Part shown: positions 51,801 through 62,899 of the stretch, in pieces
Numbering within the stretch: the stretch's first letter is position 1
Layout: each line of letters starts with the position of its first letter
DNA from: Schizochytrium sp. TIO01
Taxonomy: Eukaryota; Protista; Bigyra: Labyrinthulomycetes
DNA: 64,000 nucleotides
Direction of reading: 5' to 3'
Assembly: GCA_004764695.1 (NCBI GenBank)
Contig: SMSO01000035.1
Location: 620,001 to 684,000 of the forward strand
Notes under the pieces: generated by a model
Seen by the model: only the letters and a program-made list of their open reading frames with translations
The model's database searches: none
What the model was told of the DNA's origin: nothing
Program-made: the position numbers and the translations under genes

Positions 51801-51956
51801 ATGGTCAAACATGAATCTCCTCTGACCATCATGTACGAGAAGCCTCCCTTCGTCTTGATGCCAGCGGGTTTTATTGGAGTCTCGGTCTGTGTCTGCAGCA
51901 AGCTCGTGATCAACAAGAGGACGAAAACGCGCAGCAACTTGAACTGGATGCTGCAT
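48810..51956 (-). CDS. N-terminal-motor kinesin with acidic linker, coiled coil and poly-Q tail
   Basis: VAARFRP, FDHVF, P-loop GQAGSGKT, SFLEIYNE, SSRSH, LVDLAGSE, VPYRNSLLTRLL. Confidence 0.95.
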   Translation of the reverse strand: MQHPVQVAARFRPLVDHELAADTDRDSNKTRWHQDEGRLLVHDGQRRFMFDHVFDPHHTNAEVSANVGARAVKRVIEGFNATIIAYGQAGSGKTHTMYGEEGVIEFCIGSLFQEIHSLQDQRKTHRFRLYLSFLEIYNEHIHDLMVKRNENETPETLRIKGDDPSTGTTIEGLTRIAVESPRAVFDLIAQAESQRHTRDTSTGAKSSRSHAIVQFYVEMQRDDVKDEDNHSFNNEQTEKTHECRISTLMLVDLAGSEKYTPSTSEALLEGGHMNRSLLALREVVTSLTACQIQEQFVPYRNSLLTRLLRQSLSGNSITLIICTASTAAENDNETEMTLVFGSLCRRVMTVPKQALFQRSKDLRTTRTKSERTKQQLVSRNPSKTCESPRKHKPSFASLDEEEKEKEMLPDSVFHTLTAKATENVALGDSTRDLLAQYSIRTQQWWQDGKVNQTIESTIDVNSNKCEPSFQDGILSESFEEDRSPLSIQRLPSKAEEILGSNNLYLTRYESDDSSSNSDVENESSLEDKSSASYEPNHSSSSSSVNSSTPGYSDMFENKTWTANSSELQNEFVSNSDSDLDSLNEECVKEFMKYEELNDLENNEADEEEDLPTFPITTLKSGQRPFDNHLEDIKTWEKEMRQWYLDSVEYNDETQERAQLVEAAAEQVDRERRERAMSLARREAVFVADMRRRRSEIDGSRMQIERAEQDLSVRRENLLLRENTVRAFEHSLQRWQARLETEEESVQDLRQQVARLERERNEALDRLAKMNKLIIGPGKEQSQTHDNSQARPDPNENTLSEKQAESTSELNKVNNAISAGNSASTLVEVYTLGVTSCAGLHYQNLEDEEDEEDEEQTYRASDEDASIQRQIPDLSIREDADLQHTAIDDCHDDDVSDYSSLNSSIEQDEYSASVLQLEKSGGNGKQESRTPHPAVEFGHDVQDILFGLAEMSSMSSTMALDKRLADQTVLRLAQVLSKILLITVPIVAQDVKQTKPPAPIKDLPFKRRLLQRHLNEARQVLVGFVHKQQKLKQLHSQQLEEQQQQQQQQ

Positions 51957-54900
51957 AGTTTAAGCGCAACTAGAATCGGTATCGTAAGCTCCAATCTCAA
52001 CACTGCAAGGAATGACAACTTGACGATCTTGAAGATGCGGCTGCTCGCCAAAATAGAGGGCCTAACAAGCAAGTTTTGAAATAGGCTTTTGATTTTGCGG
52101 TGCTAAAACCAAAGAGCTCAAATTTCTGTTCTACAGCAATATTCACCCAAGTACAATGGAGGGGTGTGTTACTACAACCTAGAACGTTTATTTATATATT
52201 CTATGGGGAATAATAAAGGCCTGGTAACTTTTTTTGCTGGAATTTTTCAAACAAACAAGTTACAAAAGAACTCGAGCAGCAATAGCACTTTGATAGCAGT
52301 ATCACATAGCAGATTAAAAAAATAAAATCAATATGACTATCTTAAGAAAAAAAGAAAAAGAAAATACTACACTAAATGCTCAGCCTAGCCTAGAACTTAG
52401 CAACAATAGTAAAAGAAAAGAAAAGAAAAGGACCGTTGATAAGGTATCTCTAAAAGTTTGAGTTGATTCAGAGCCGCCAAGATTTCATAATCTTAATATT
52501 AAAGCTCTCCACAAAACATTCCTTGGTCTCGTTTGCTCCTACTTTTATTTTTTGTGCATAATCTTCATCTTTCTCCTACTTTTGTTGCAAGACTATAATT
52601 ATTAGAGTAAAGCTTTGCTTTAGAAAATCGATGCGCTTCGAAGGCTATCAAGCTAGGGTAAGAATCTAATCACTATCAATATTATACCTACCATCGTGTT
52701 ATAATTTTGAAATTGTAATCATTTATATAACAAGCAGTGAAGTCTGGGGTTCACAAATCAGATGTCTGGAAAAAGACAGATCCAAGATAAAGAGTTTACT
52801 TTCGTAGTTAATTCCAGAAATGCAACTTTGAGAAAAAAAAGCGCAAAAAACTAATATTCTGAACAACCGTAGGTGTTTGCAGATTAGAGTGATTCGTCCT
52901 GTCGAGTTCAATTGCAAAAATCAGGATAATCATAGCATCAGAAAGTTGTCAGAATCCAAACCACTTTGGGGGGGACAAGCGAAGATCATTTATTGAGAAG
53001 GTGTCGTGTTCAAAGTAAGGTTGTTAAAAATTGCCCAACATTCAGATAACGAAGGATATTGTTGACCAGAATTCCAACTACCTCGACTACTAGTAATGAT
53101 TTCCAGGTGTATGCTTGAGAGACATAGGTTTATTGGCTTTGTTTTTTATTGCAGATTCTATCATTTTCGACATTCTATAATTTTCAACACTTCATCAATG
53201 CCATTCCCATCTTAAGTATAGGTCTATTTATCTTATAGTAAAAACATAGAAACCTCAGGAGCTCTTATGTCTTTTATGCGTAAATTCGACCACTACTATT
53301 CACTCAGGCTCAAATGACTCTCCCTTCTATGCTATTACAATTAGCTTAATGCCACGTCGAACTTTGTTAATAAATCTGACTTGATCCTTCTGCTGTAGAT
53401 TGCAAGTATACTCTAGCTAGAAAGAAGAAGGAAAAAAGAATGACAGGTACTGCCATAGCAGATTTCAGCATCTCTTTGATCCAGCGACTACTGTAAAGAA
53501 ATGCCAGAGGAGGACCCTAAAAGGTGGAGATTTTCCTTCTTTAGGCATGGAGCTAGATCCTGAACGTCCATCATCATGAGCATTCAGAATTTTGATATAC
53601 CTAGGATAAAATTATTATCATGATCATGATTACTATTTTATTATTTTTGTTATTATTTTCCATACGCTTTCTAGAACTTTTAAAGATGTACAAACCTAAG
53701 TTTTGGGTTGCAAACAAGGTTTGTCTACTATAATAGGTTTAAAGAAGCCTTTGACTTTTCACCAGCTAGTGCAAGAGGGAACTAGTGCAGGGCTTGGCAT
53801 TTATCCAGTACTAGAGTATACTCTCGAGTCGATACGATTTCTCGTATTGTTGTTGGAGTGCTATCCGCTTGCAAATCATAATCTCGCTCCGACTCCATGT
53901 TGTGTGCATCAACCTAGCAGAATCACATTTTACGCGGGACCATAACTGACCACACCCTCCACACATGATAGCACCTTGGCTTTACATTTTGAATTGACGT
54001 TGATGCAACTCCGAAGGCGCAGGGATATGAAACTTTGAAATACCTAGGTATTTAGTTGCCTACCTTCTAGTTTCACATTCCTTGTCACTCACCCAAGTGA
54101 TAAGAGCAGCCCTAGATCCGCTCATCCAAACTTTATCTTGAAAAGCTTTCTCGCTTGAATGTCAGCACACCTATCTATCAAAATTGACTAATCAGGGCAG
54201 GCTCTACTATAAATAAACAGCTGAAGAACTGACGAAAAGTGGCTTCCTCATCGCCGCCAGTCTATGGATGGGTAAGACCAATACACACAGTAGAAAGAAA
54301 TATAAGGGCTGGTAGCCTTGCAAACCTGCTGCTTGCGGAGAATCTTTACGAAGATGGTCACAGGCCTCTCGCACGATGGAGAAATACTGAAGGTCATCTG
54401 GTCGTACATAGTTCTCTCATGAAAATGGCAACTCCATCCCTACTCTGGTGAACATCTCAGCTTGAACGAAAAGTCCTCAAATGATAACCCAGGTAATAAA
54501 CTGGCTGTCTTGAAGGCTCATTTACTTGTTTATTTCCCCTAAGGATTATGTGTCCAACATGAGGATTCCAGAGCTTGTTGCGTACGTCGAACCCACTGCT
54601 CTGACTTACATACCCCCTTCTACGATTATCAATTATCAGATCCTCATCGGTACGAACAAGTATTTCCACCTCCATACGAATTTAGCAATTCCTGTACTAG
54701 AGTAAACTCTAAGCGTTCAATTGTTGCGTAATTATATTTAGTGGTATTTCTTTAATGACCTGGACTTTACTGACATTAGTAGGCGCAGCACAGCAGAGAG
54801 ACAATCAGCAGGTCTAGAGTAAAGGAACCCACCCTCAGGCAGTGTAGTGCGGCTGACGCTACTTCTAGCCTACGTCTATGCACAGTGTGCACATTGCGTA

Positions 54901-55392
54901 TTAGTGTTGGTAGTGGTGCACTATTAGTGCTACTATTTGTACTAACCTAATAGCATTTTTGGTGGTAATGGTGGTAGTCAACTTCTATATGGGTGAGCGA
55001 GCGTGGGACTTTGGCGCAAGCCACTTCTGAGATGCTTGATTGCTGGCGCAGCTTAACTGGATCTCACAAAAAGTTTGATTGCGGTGACGCATGCCCAAGG
55101 TTTCCTTTGTTTCTGCAGCCGACAAACGGGCCGGCTAAGTCAAACACGCATATACAATAGCAATTAAGCGCCTACAGGTTTGAAAGGAAACCTTCAGTTT
55201 TCTTTGAAAATGACAATCAGAACGTAGTATTTTTTGAAGAAGATGAACTGTAAAAGGATAATCATGAATGTTTACGCATTAACTAAGACCGAAAAACCGT
55301 AGGTACGAGTAAGCTCAGAATAACTTGAATTTGGTCTTCGATAGTGATTATTTCTACCGGGTATGTCCTTATTTGTTAGCCAGACAACTTTA

Positions 55393-55423
55393 TAAAAGAA
55401 AAGAAAAGAAAAGAAAAGGAAAA
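55393..55423 (+). repeat. (AAAAG)n microsatellite
   Basis: aaaagaaaagaaaagaaaagaaaaggaaaag. Confidence 0.85.
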
Positions 55424-55652
55424 GGACTACTAGACGATAGTAGTGCTGCTGGTGGTACTATTATTATTATTATGCACCATACTAGTATTATGGTGTTTTA
55501 TCTACAACTTCAATTGTGAATGAACTCCTTCCAAGTTTCTAAGAGTTCTTATTAGTATGTTGTTAATAGCTGCACGTGCGAGATCGCAAACTTGCTCAGC
55601 TACCAGCCAGCAAACCTCTAATTGAATATATTCTGTACTGCAAAGCGCAAGA

Positions 55653-56744
55653 ATGGTGACATTAGGAGCCGTGGGCCGCGCGCTCACTGTTCTTGTAGGA
55701 TGTCTGACGTTTATCGTTGGACTTGTCCACATTGCAAAGACTGTGGAGCTATCTGACTGCGAGGATTCTAGCACAATTAGTTGTATTGGCAAATCCCTTC
55801 GTTGGAATACCCGTGCTGCAAGTAGTCCTATTAACGATGTTAATGAAGAATGGCGCGATGTCTTTACATTCTCCCCGGATCCTTTCTTTGAGTACTGGAC
55901 GCCAATCCTTCTGGGTGTGCTCACTCTGATGATTCACTTTGGTGGTGAGCCGGGCTGGTTTACTTTAGCAATTGCCTCTACTTGGGTTCGACTTGGATTT
56001 TGGCTTGCATTTGTGGCCTTGTACGGTAACTTTGGCTATGCAGGTAACTTTGGCATTGTTGTCGCCCTAATTACTTGCATGATCGCCGGGTTATGTCTTA
56101 TTATTGCTCTGATTTCTCGCGGCGACCAGGTGGCCCCTGACACACGCATGTCGATCGACCCTTCTGATCGTTATGTGAAATTCGTGCCTAATGTCATTGG
56201 TAAAGTCTTTGCCAAGATCGTCATTTTTAGCATGTTTTTGCTTGGTTTGTGCACAGTAGCTCTTGGTATCATGGTAATTATCGAAGAGCTTCCAGATATT
56301 TGTGCAAGCGGCTCTTACTCATATGATGGAGACGACATGCGCTGTTTCGGCCCGGGACTAATTTGGATTCCCCGAACATCTGATGTCAGTCCTGGATATG
56401 GCATCAACTCGCTTTCGGGCGGCGACGACTGGGGGTCGTTCTTCAGCCTTCAGCCATCCGTGTTTTTTGATCTAATGACGCCTCTGATTTTTGGTATTGT
56501 CGCAGTGCTTGCTAGTATTTCCTCTGACATGTTCATGGGTCTTACAAGCTCCTGGTCTGCTCTTTTCCTATTTTTCCTTGTCCAGGCTCTCTTTGGTCAA
56601 TTTGGTTACGCAGGCAACTATGGCATTGTACTTGGTTTCATTAGCATTGCACTCGCAATTCTCTCTCTTATTACTACGTGCACAGCTGAACCCCCCGAAG
56701 AGCGACGTATTGCTTGGAAGTCTTCAGCAGAACTTCACCCGTAA
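55653..56744 (+). CDS. Multi-pass membrane protein of unknown function made of two tandem homologous halves
   Basis: 363 aa. Repeated motifs C.G..L.W, FTFSPDPFFEYWTPILLG / FSLQPSVFFDLMTPLIFG, and ALYGNFGYAGNFGI / ALFGQFGYAGNYGI. Confidence 0.88.
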   Translation: MVTLGAVGRALTVLVGCLTFIVGLVHIAKTVELSDCEDSSTISCIGKSLRWNTRAASSPINDVNEEWRDVFTFSPDPFFEYWTPILLGVLTLMIHFGGEPGWFTLAIASTWVRLGFWLAFVALYGNFGYAGNFGIVVALITCMIAGLCLIIALISRGDQVAPDTRMSIDPSDRYVKFVPNVIGKVFAKIVIFSMFLLGLCTVALGIMVIIEELPDICASGSYSYDGDDMRCFGPGLIWIPRTSDVSPGYGINSLSGGDDWGSFFSLQPSVFFDLMTPLIFGIVAVLASISSDMFMGLTSSWSALFLFFLVQALFGQFGYAGNYGIVLGFISIALAILSLITTCTAEPPEERRIAWKSSAELHP

Positions 56745-58016
56745 TCGGTTTTTGTCAGCACTGATGATTTCCAACCTTTCTAAATCTGTTTCAAACTACA
56801 CATGCTTTCTCCCCTTAGCCAGTGTCGGAACTCTGCACTATTGCTTCGTTACAATACAGATAGTATGACCTTCGTTTTCCTTTTATTTACAGTTTCTTTT
56901 AAATAGCCTAAATAAATCTGACGCTGCACTTAGTGGGTACAATCAATCCCAGTTGAATTTCCTTCTTCCCATTCTGTACCAAGAACGCAAACGTTCATAA
57001 CAAACCTTAAGTTTGTATTTTTACTTGGGCTTTAGCCCAATTGAAAAATGTATGAGAATACCGACTAGTGAGAGTGATGGAGTAGCAGCCCACTCAATTA
57101 ACTCATGCGCTAGATTTCAGCAGAACGAGTATTCAAAATCTCTTATTGTAAAAACAAGCCATGCAAATTCCTGGTATTAGCGAATATTTGTTCTTTTCGT
57201 ATCATCATTATTCATAGATTATTTAGCTTACTCTCTGAGCTTTCTGTTGGAAAGACACATTACAGGGTGATAATGTGTACACAGTTGCAAAGGCCGCACT
57301 CAATGACTTTCCCATCGCTTTTTGAAGTCTGCTCAGATGCGTAGATTTAAGCACAATCTATCAAGACTGCAACGAGTAAAATTGATGTCTCGTATATTGT
57401 GATAATATGAATCGCGTTAAAAGCAAGCCATCGTAGTATTCCACTTCACCTAATCTTTTTAAAGATCTTCTAGGTATCTTCTGACAGGTTGTACTAAAGC
57501 ATATTAAATCAAAATACAAAAGTTGAACCAATTGTGTCTCGCATCCATTGCCATTTGTAAACCATGAGCATGCAAAGTGAAAGCTTCTGGCCAATCTTCT
57601 GTATATTAACAAGCTAGCTATTTCTGTTGAGAATACAGCCTTCCCAGCATGAAAAGCGAACTTTGACTGTCATCTGTACTCCTGAGTTTTGCTTCATAAT
57701 GCGATTGAGTAAATGCGTAGACAATACACTGTACGTAAGAAAACAAGGTAATAGTACTGCCCAAGTTTGAATGGGTTCGATTTAAGGTTAAAAAAAGAGA
57801 AAACTTATCTCTTTCTTTTCTTCCCCCGGCAATTCGTTCCTTCTCAGTCTTTAATGACCACCCTGACAAATCTGAGATTGAAATTGTTACAGACCACCCT
57901 CTTCTCTAGTTAAAACAATCAAAGAACTATTTCTCTCACTAGGGTTTCAGAGACAACGTTATAGCAAGGGGAGCCTCTGGGTATACCGATGAGTGAAGAA
58001 ATATTAGAATAAAATG

Positions 58017-58031
58017 AAAAAAAAAAAAAAA
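58017..58031 (+). repeat. Poly-A tract
   Basis: A15 run. Confidence 0.85.
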
Positions 58032-59082
58032 GAGATTGAGATACTAGTAGTAGTAGGAGCCTCTATGTCTACTACCATCTGTTGCCGAGCTACTTTGACG
58101 AATCTACTGAGAGTAAAAAATCAAGCAAGCAAACACAAATAAAAATGATCTCAGTTGAGATTGATTGAAAAGCGTAGCCTGAACCATAGTTTAAATCAAA
58201 TTATTTTACTATCAATCACACCTATGCGTACTTTGCTCGAGTAACGTAATACGTGTACTACAAGTAACCGTAATCTAATCTGAAGAAAAATAAATTGATA
58301 AGTCGTATAATATAGTAAGTGCCTCCTAGGACAAAGATCGTACCAGTAGTACATACGCTTAACATGTATTTCTGTTTTGGGTCTTTCTTGTCTTTCTTTC
58401 TATGATTTGTGCTGGCCAAGCAACGAGGCTATAAAAACAAGGCTGGTGGGTTCGACAAACCGCGGATAGAGAGCCCAGACGTGGGAGAGGAAAGAGCAAC
58501 AACAACCCAGAAAACTCATTCATCTTCCTTGTACAGCCTTGATCGGTTGCTCGTCCTACGTCTTCACTTACTCTATTTGGAGAAGTTGTCTGCCCAGCGA
58601 CTCGTTGGACGTGGAGATCTTTTAGGTCCGAAGTCTCTCTCGCTCTGTCGATTTATCGTAGCAGTCGTCCTTCACACACGGAATCATAAATCTGTCTATC
58701 CCTGATTCACGTGGGGCGCTCTGTGCCCTAACAGCTACAAGCGCTGGCACAGTAGCTAGCTCGCAGAAAGTTTTCATCAAGCACGTCTCTGTATTCTTTT
58801 GGCTGCTACTAACCAAAACAAGTCACTAAGCACATTCGAATTTCGAAAATCGCTGTTTTTGGCAAATTCCAGGATCTTGCCTTAACTTTTGCTGCATTTA
58901 TTTTTCGTTTTTGCGCAGCTTCTCAACTTTCTTGCAATTGATGTCATTGCGATCGTGATTGTGGAAATACGCTTCTTGCGTGAGCTCGTGTTTGGGCGCC
59001 AGCGAGAATAGTAATTCATTATTGATTTGATCATTTGGTTGCAATATTGTGAGATATACGCACCCAAGGTTGCATTTTGGAA

Positions 59083-60795
59083 ATGGCTCTCAATTATAAT
59101 GTGCAACTTGCTTTGGTTTTCTCATTTCTAATGAGTGCCTCGCGAGGTGTTTGGGCATTCACCACTTTAAGCGTTTATTTAAGGGAAATAACTGGTTCAT
59201 CAGCAGATGTCGGGCTTGCCGAGGGGCTCCAGGGTATTGCAATGGCAGCTACTGCTGTGCTAGCTGGGTTTGGAGCTGATGCGACTCAACAACGGGATCG
59301 TCTGCTCCATCTCGCAGGTATAACAGGGCTTTTGGCCACTGCTGCTGCTATGTCTGCTCTTCTTATCCCAGACCTCTCTGATCACTCAAGATTTTGGGCG
59401 CTGACAGGAGCATTGTGTGCCAATGGCGCGTTCCAGGGCATTTCGTCGACATGTATTGACACCTTGTTTGCTGATAGTGTGATGACTGGAGAGCGTTCGA
59501 AATTCAACACATATCGCTTCGCTCTCATCCAGATAAGCTCTGTCACTGGCCCACTCATTTGTGTTTCATTGTTCTACTACTACGGAAACAGTTGGACAAG
59601 AACCCGTCTCACACTTGTATTCATGGTTGGCTTGGGGCTGATGGTTATCCCGATATGCATTCTATTTTTGTTTTCCGAACGCTATGCACTAGGAGATGAA
59701 TCTGAGTCCCACTATATACCTTCTACACCGGGAGGCGGCTCAGCTCATTACCAACGCCTAGTAGACGAGGTTCTTGAGGCCCAAAACGAACAACGGGTTG
59801 CTGCAAGAGTTAGGGGTAGCGGAGCTCTTACTCCACTTTCTTCTTTTCGTCGCGAACGTATTTTCCCAGTTCGTGGCCATCGCCGCGGCTCATCAGGGAA
59901 CCTACCGCGTGTAAATACAAGAGAGGAGGAGAGGCATGATTGGCCATATATTCTCCAACGTCAGCAGGAGCAGCAATGGTTGCAACAGGCTCGGGGTAGA
60001 CCTGATACCGACGATGAGGGCCAACTTGTAACCCCTTTGTTGCAAAGCTTCCGGGGTGTAGCGGCTGTCATCCCATCAAGTTGCTGTGGTATACTTGGTC
60101 AACAACACATTTCCACAATCTTGGTTCTTTCTGATGTGATTTCAGCGTTAGGAAGTGGAATGACTGTAAAGTTTTTCCCCTTGTTCTTCAAGCAGAGGCT
60201 CGAGCTCACACCTGTTTCTGTAAACTTGATTTACATTGTTCTACCCATCTTCATGACGTGTATTTCACTTATATCTAGAAGGATTGCTGTTCGCATGGGG
60301 AGAATTCAGGTCTGCATAGTTCTAAGTCTTGGAGGCTGTGCAAGCCTGTTCGCTCTCGCAGCATATGCAGACGCAGCACACCCCTCTATTGGGGCAGTTC
60401 TCGGCATTTATATGTTGAGCACGATACAGCATAGTTCTAGACCTCTACGTAAAGCGATATTGATGGATTATGTAGAGAAAGCACGCAGGGCACGCTTTAA
60501 TTCGATTGATTCTGTCACACGTTTGAATTGGAGTGGGAGCGCCTTCTTAGGTGGCATCGCTATCGACCATTCTGGCTTTGGACGACTCTTTGGCGTGACG
60601 GCTTTCATCCAGTTAATCTCCACATTGATACTTTTCGTTCTCGTGCCGCTCGTTCCAATTCATGAATCCCGACGTAGGCTAGATTCGGAGGATGATCCGG
60701 CAGCGGAGGATTTTATGGCTGACATGGAAGACAGCATCATGACAAACACACACCGGCCACCAAACTTTAGTAACGATTCTGCTTCTCAAGAATAG
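59083..60795 (+). CDS. Major facilitator superfamily transporter
   Basis: 6+6 hydrophobic helices around a long cytoplasmic loop. Motif-A-like AGFGADATQQRDR and IAVRMGR. Also TLFADSV, GSGMTVKFFPLFF and ILMDYVEKARRARFNS. Confidence 0.9.
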   Translation: MALNYNVQLALVFSFLMSASRGVWAFTTLSVYLREITGSSADVGLAEGLQGIAMAATAVLAGFGADATQQRDRLLHLAGITGLLATAAAMSALLIPDLSDHSRFWALTGALCANGAFQGISSTCIDTLFADSVMTGERSKFNTYRFALIQISSVTGPLICVSLFYYYGNSWTRTRLTLVFMVGLGLMVIPICILFLFSERYALGDESESHYIPSTPGGGSAHYQRLVDEVLEAQNEQRVAARVRGSGALTPLSSFRRERIFPVRGHRRGSSGNLPRVNTREEERHDWPYILQRQQEQQWLQQARGRPDTDDEGQLVTPLLQSFRGVAAVIPSSCCGILGQQHISTILVLSDVISALGSGMTVKFFPLFFKQRLELTPVSVNLIYIVLPIFMTCISLISRRIAVRMGRIQVCIVLSLGGCASLFALAAYADAAHPSIGAVLGIYMLSTIQHSSRPLRKAILMDYVEKARRARFNSIDSVTRLNWSGSAFLGGIAIDHSGFGRLFGVTAFIQLISTLILFVLVPLVPIHESRRRLDSEDDPAAEDFMADMEDSIMTNTHRPPNFSNDSASQE

Positions 60796-61093
60796 ATAGA
60801 GGAAGCTTATCTTTGTCTCACTGATGCACCCCTCATTTGGGAAGAGAGTAAAAATTTAAATGGAAAGAAAATGTGATATAGGTAGATTGGAGTATGTTGG
60901 AGAAGTGAAAAAGAAAAAAGAAGTATATGCTAGCTAGACAACTCCAAATAGAATTAATGATTTTATTTTGAAATGAAAGAATAAAATAAATTTAAGAGAT
61001 TTGCCAAGACGATAAATGCATTCGGTCAACAGCCAGCTTTGTAAAAGCCTCTTTGTGCAAAAGCAGCTGAGGCCTGTAGATGTGGGTACGAAA

Positions 61094-62899
61094 TCAGAAC
61101 TTGAAGTTTTGCTCCAAGTGGTCGGCTTCATCATCGTTCTCACCATCTCCAATGGTTTTTGAAGTAGATTGGTTGGTGTCTCTTGTTTTCCCATGAATAT
61201 CTTTCGATTCACTATTTTCCAAATCCCTTTTTGCGTTGTTGGGTCCATGTTGGTTAGACGAGCCACTACTCAGGTCATACTTATACGAAGTTGCAAATGT
61301 TTCATCACCAACAGTTGCCTGTTTCTGTGCAATAACTGTAAACAAACTCTTATCATGATCCTGGTTTTCCTTTTGCACTTTAAGTGTTCGGTGTGCCTGT
61401 TCGTCCTCACCTAGGCTTTCCGAACGCTGACGTTTGCGAGTTTGCGAGTTTACTTCTGTAGAAGTTACTTCGTTTGTTTGTTTCTGATCTTGTGACACAT
61501 CGGATGCAGCGTCATCCCCAGCAGCACCACTCTTCTCACTCTCTGCATCACTGTCAAGATCAGGTTCATCCTCACTCTCCTCACTCTCATCTTCCTCATC
61601 AGATTGAAGGACGCCCCAGTGTTCAACCGCACCTGGCGCCTCGTTTGCTTCAGCATTATTTCCACTACTCTTTTCATCATCATTCGTCGAAGCTAGGACA
61701 CCATCGCCAAAGAGGGGGCGACCAAATTGATCCACTGGCGCTTTCCCCCATCCGCCTTCATGAAATCCAAAACGAGCTCCAGCTGGAAGAGGTGCATTCA
61801 CTCCAGGGACATCTAATTCAGGATACGAAGGTGGTGGACCATGGCGCTGCATATTTAAAAGCCATGGAGGAGGGCTGTTTTCTTTCATGCCAAGAGCTTT
61901 CCGCAGAGCAGAGGAAAGCGCACCAGGTTTGAACTTGCCAGTATCTAATTGGTGCTCCATGCCTTCATAGTAAATTTCACCATGGGCCTTAAGAGTTGGC
62001 TTGGTCTGATATTTGAAGAAGGCGTCATGGAGAACCTGGAAATCAATATCCATCACGCCCATCTTGGGTGCTACACGGTCGCGTGCAATTTGTCGCGCTT
62101 TCTTCTCGGCCTCTTTCTCTGCTAGCTCCGCCCGAATTTTATTGATGCCAGTTTCTGCAATAAAGTCTGGCAACTTATAAGCAACTCGCTCAAGACCTCG
62201 TTTACCTTGCAAGAACTTGCGAAGCGCGGACCAGTGTCTTGGCACCGCTACTGAGTTTGAATTTGCCTTCAAGTTGAGCAGAAGCACTGGATCAGGAGAT
62301 GCTACATCATGTGCTTCAACGAGGTCAGGCCTAGGAACAACCTGCTTTAGCTCAGCCACTGTGAAGCGCGCTAGCTTTTTGCGTTGGGCCTTGCTCAGAT
62401 GTTTCTCTCGTGGACTTTTTTCATCTTCCTCATCAAGCTCCTCCTCTTCGTCTGAGTTGTCAAGTGCTGTTTCATCTCTGATTTCTCTTTCACTAGATTT
62501 GCTAAGGCGGAGAGAATTTTCTGTTGCATTCTTTGATTCGTTGCGTTTCTGCTTCAGCAAATCTACGTTCTCCTTGCCATTTGCTGCGGCCTGCTCAACC
62601 TCCGCGAAGCGTTTAAATACGCCTTCGAGTGCAGCAAGTTCGCCCGTGAGCTGATTGAGGTCAAGTTTTTCAGGGACGTAATCTACATCGGTAATATTTT
62701 GTGAGGTATTTGCTTTGGCTTGCGAGGCTGCGTCAGCTGCCTTGGTGCCCTTGGCTGAAGGCGCAGATCCAGCGTCAGCAATGGAAGAAGAAACCTCTTC
62801 AACAGCACGCTGTTCCTGCTTTTGTTGTTTCTTACGTTGCCTCTTTTTCGCGTTGCGAGTAAGTTTGCGCTGAGCAGCGCCTCCAGTTTCTGCGCCCAT
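61094..62899 (-). CDS. SF3B2: Splicing factor 3B subunit 2 (SAP145/Cus1)
   Basis: TVAELKQVVPRPDLVEAHD, VPRHW..RKFLQGKRG, DIDFQVLHDAFFKYQTKP, PSP domain PPPWLLNMQRHGPPPSYP, FGFHEGGWGK, terminal FKF. Confidence 0.96.
   Translation of the reverse strand: MGAETGGAAQRKLTRNAKKRQRKKQQKQEQRAVEEVSSSIADAGSAPSAKGTKAADAASQAKANTSQNITDVDYVPEKLDLNQLTGELAALEGVFKRFAEVEQAAANGKENVDLLKQKRNESKNATENSLRLSKSSEREIRDETALDNSDEEEELDEEDEKSPREKHLSKAQRKKLARFTVAELKQVVPRPDLVEAHDVASPDPVLLLNLKANSNSVAVPRHWSALRKFLQGKRGLERVAYKLPDFIAETGINKIRAELAEKEAEKKARQIARDRVAPKMGVMDIDFQVLHDAFFKYQTKPTLKAHGEIYYEGMEHQLDTGKFKPGALSSALRKALGMKENSPPPWLLNMQRHGPPPSYPELDVPGVNAPLPAGARFGFHEGGWGKAPVDQFGRPLFGDGVLASTNDDEKSSGNNAEANEAPGAVEHWGVLQSDEEDESEESEDEPDLDSDAESEKSGAAGDDAASDVSQDQKQTNEVTSTEVNSQTRKRQRSESLGEDEQAHRTLKVQKENQDHDKSLFTVIAQKQATVGDETFATSYKYDLSSGSSNQHGPNNAKRDLENSESKDIHGKTRDTNQSTSKTIGDGENDDEADHLEQNFKF

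Noticed and set aside
51531-52079. 182-aa + strand ORF
   Set aside because: Antisense to the kinesin motor domain, GTG start, no recognisable motifs
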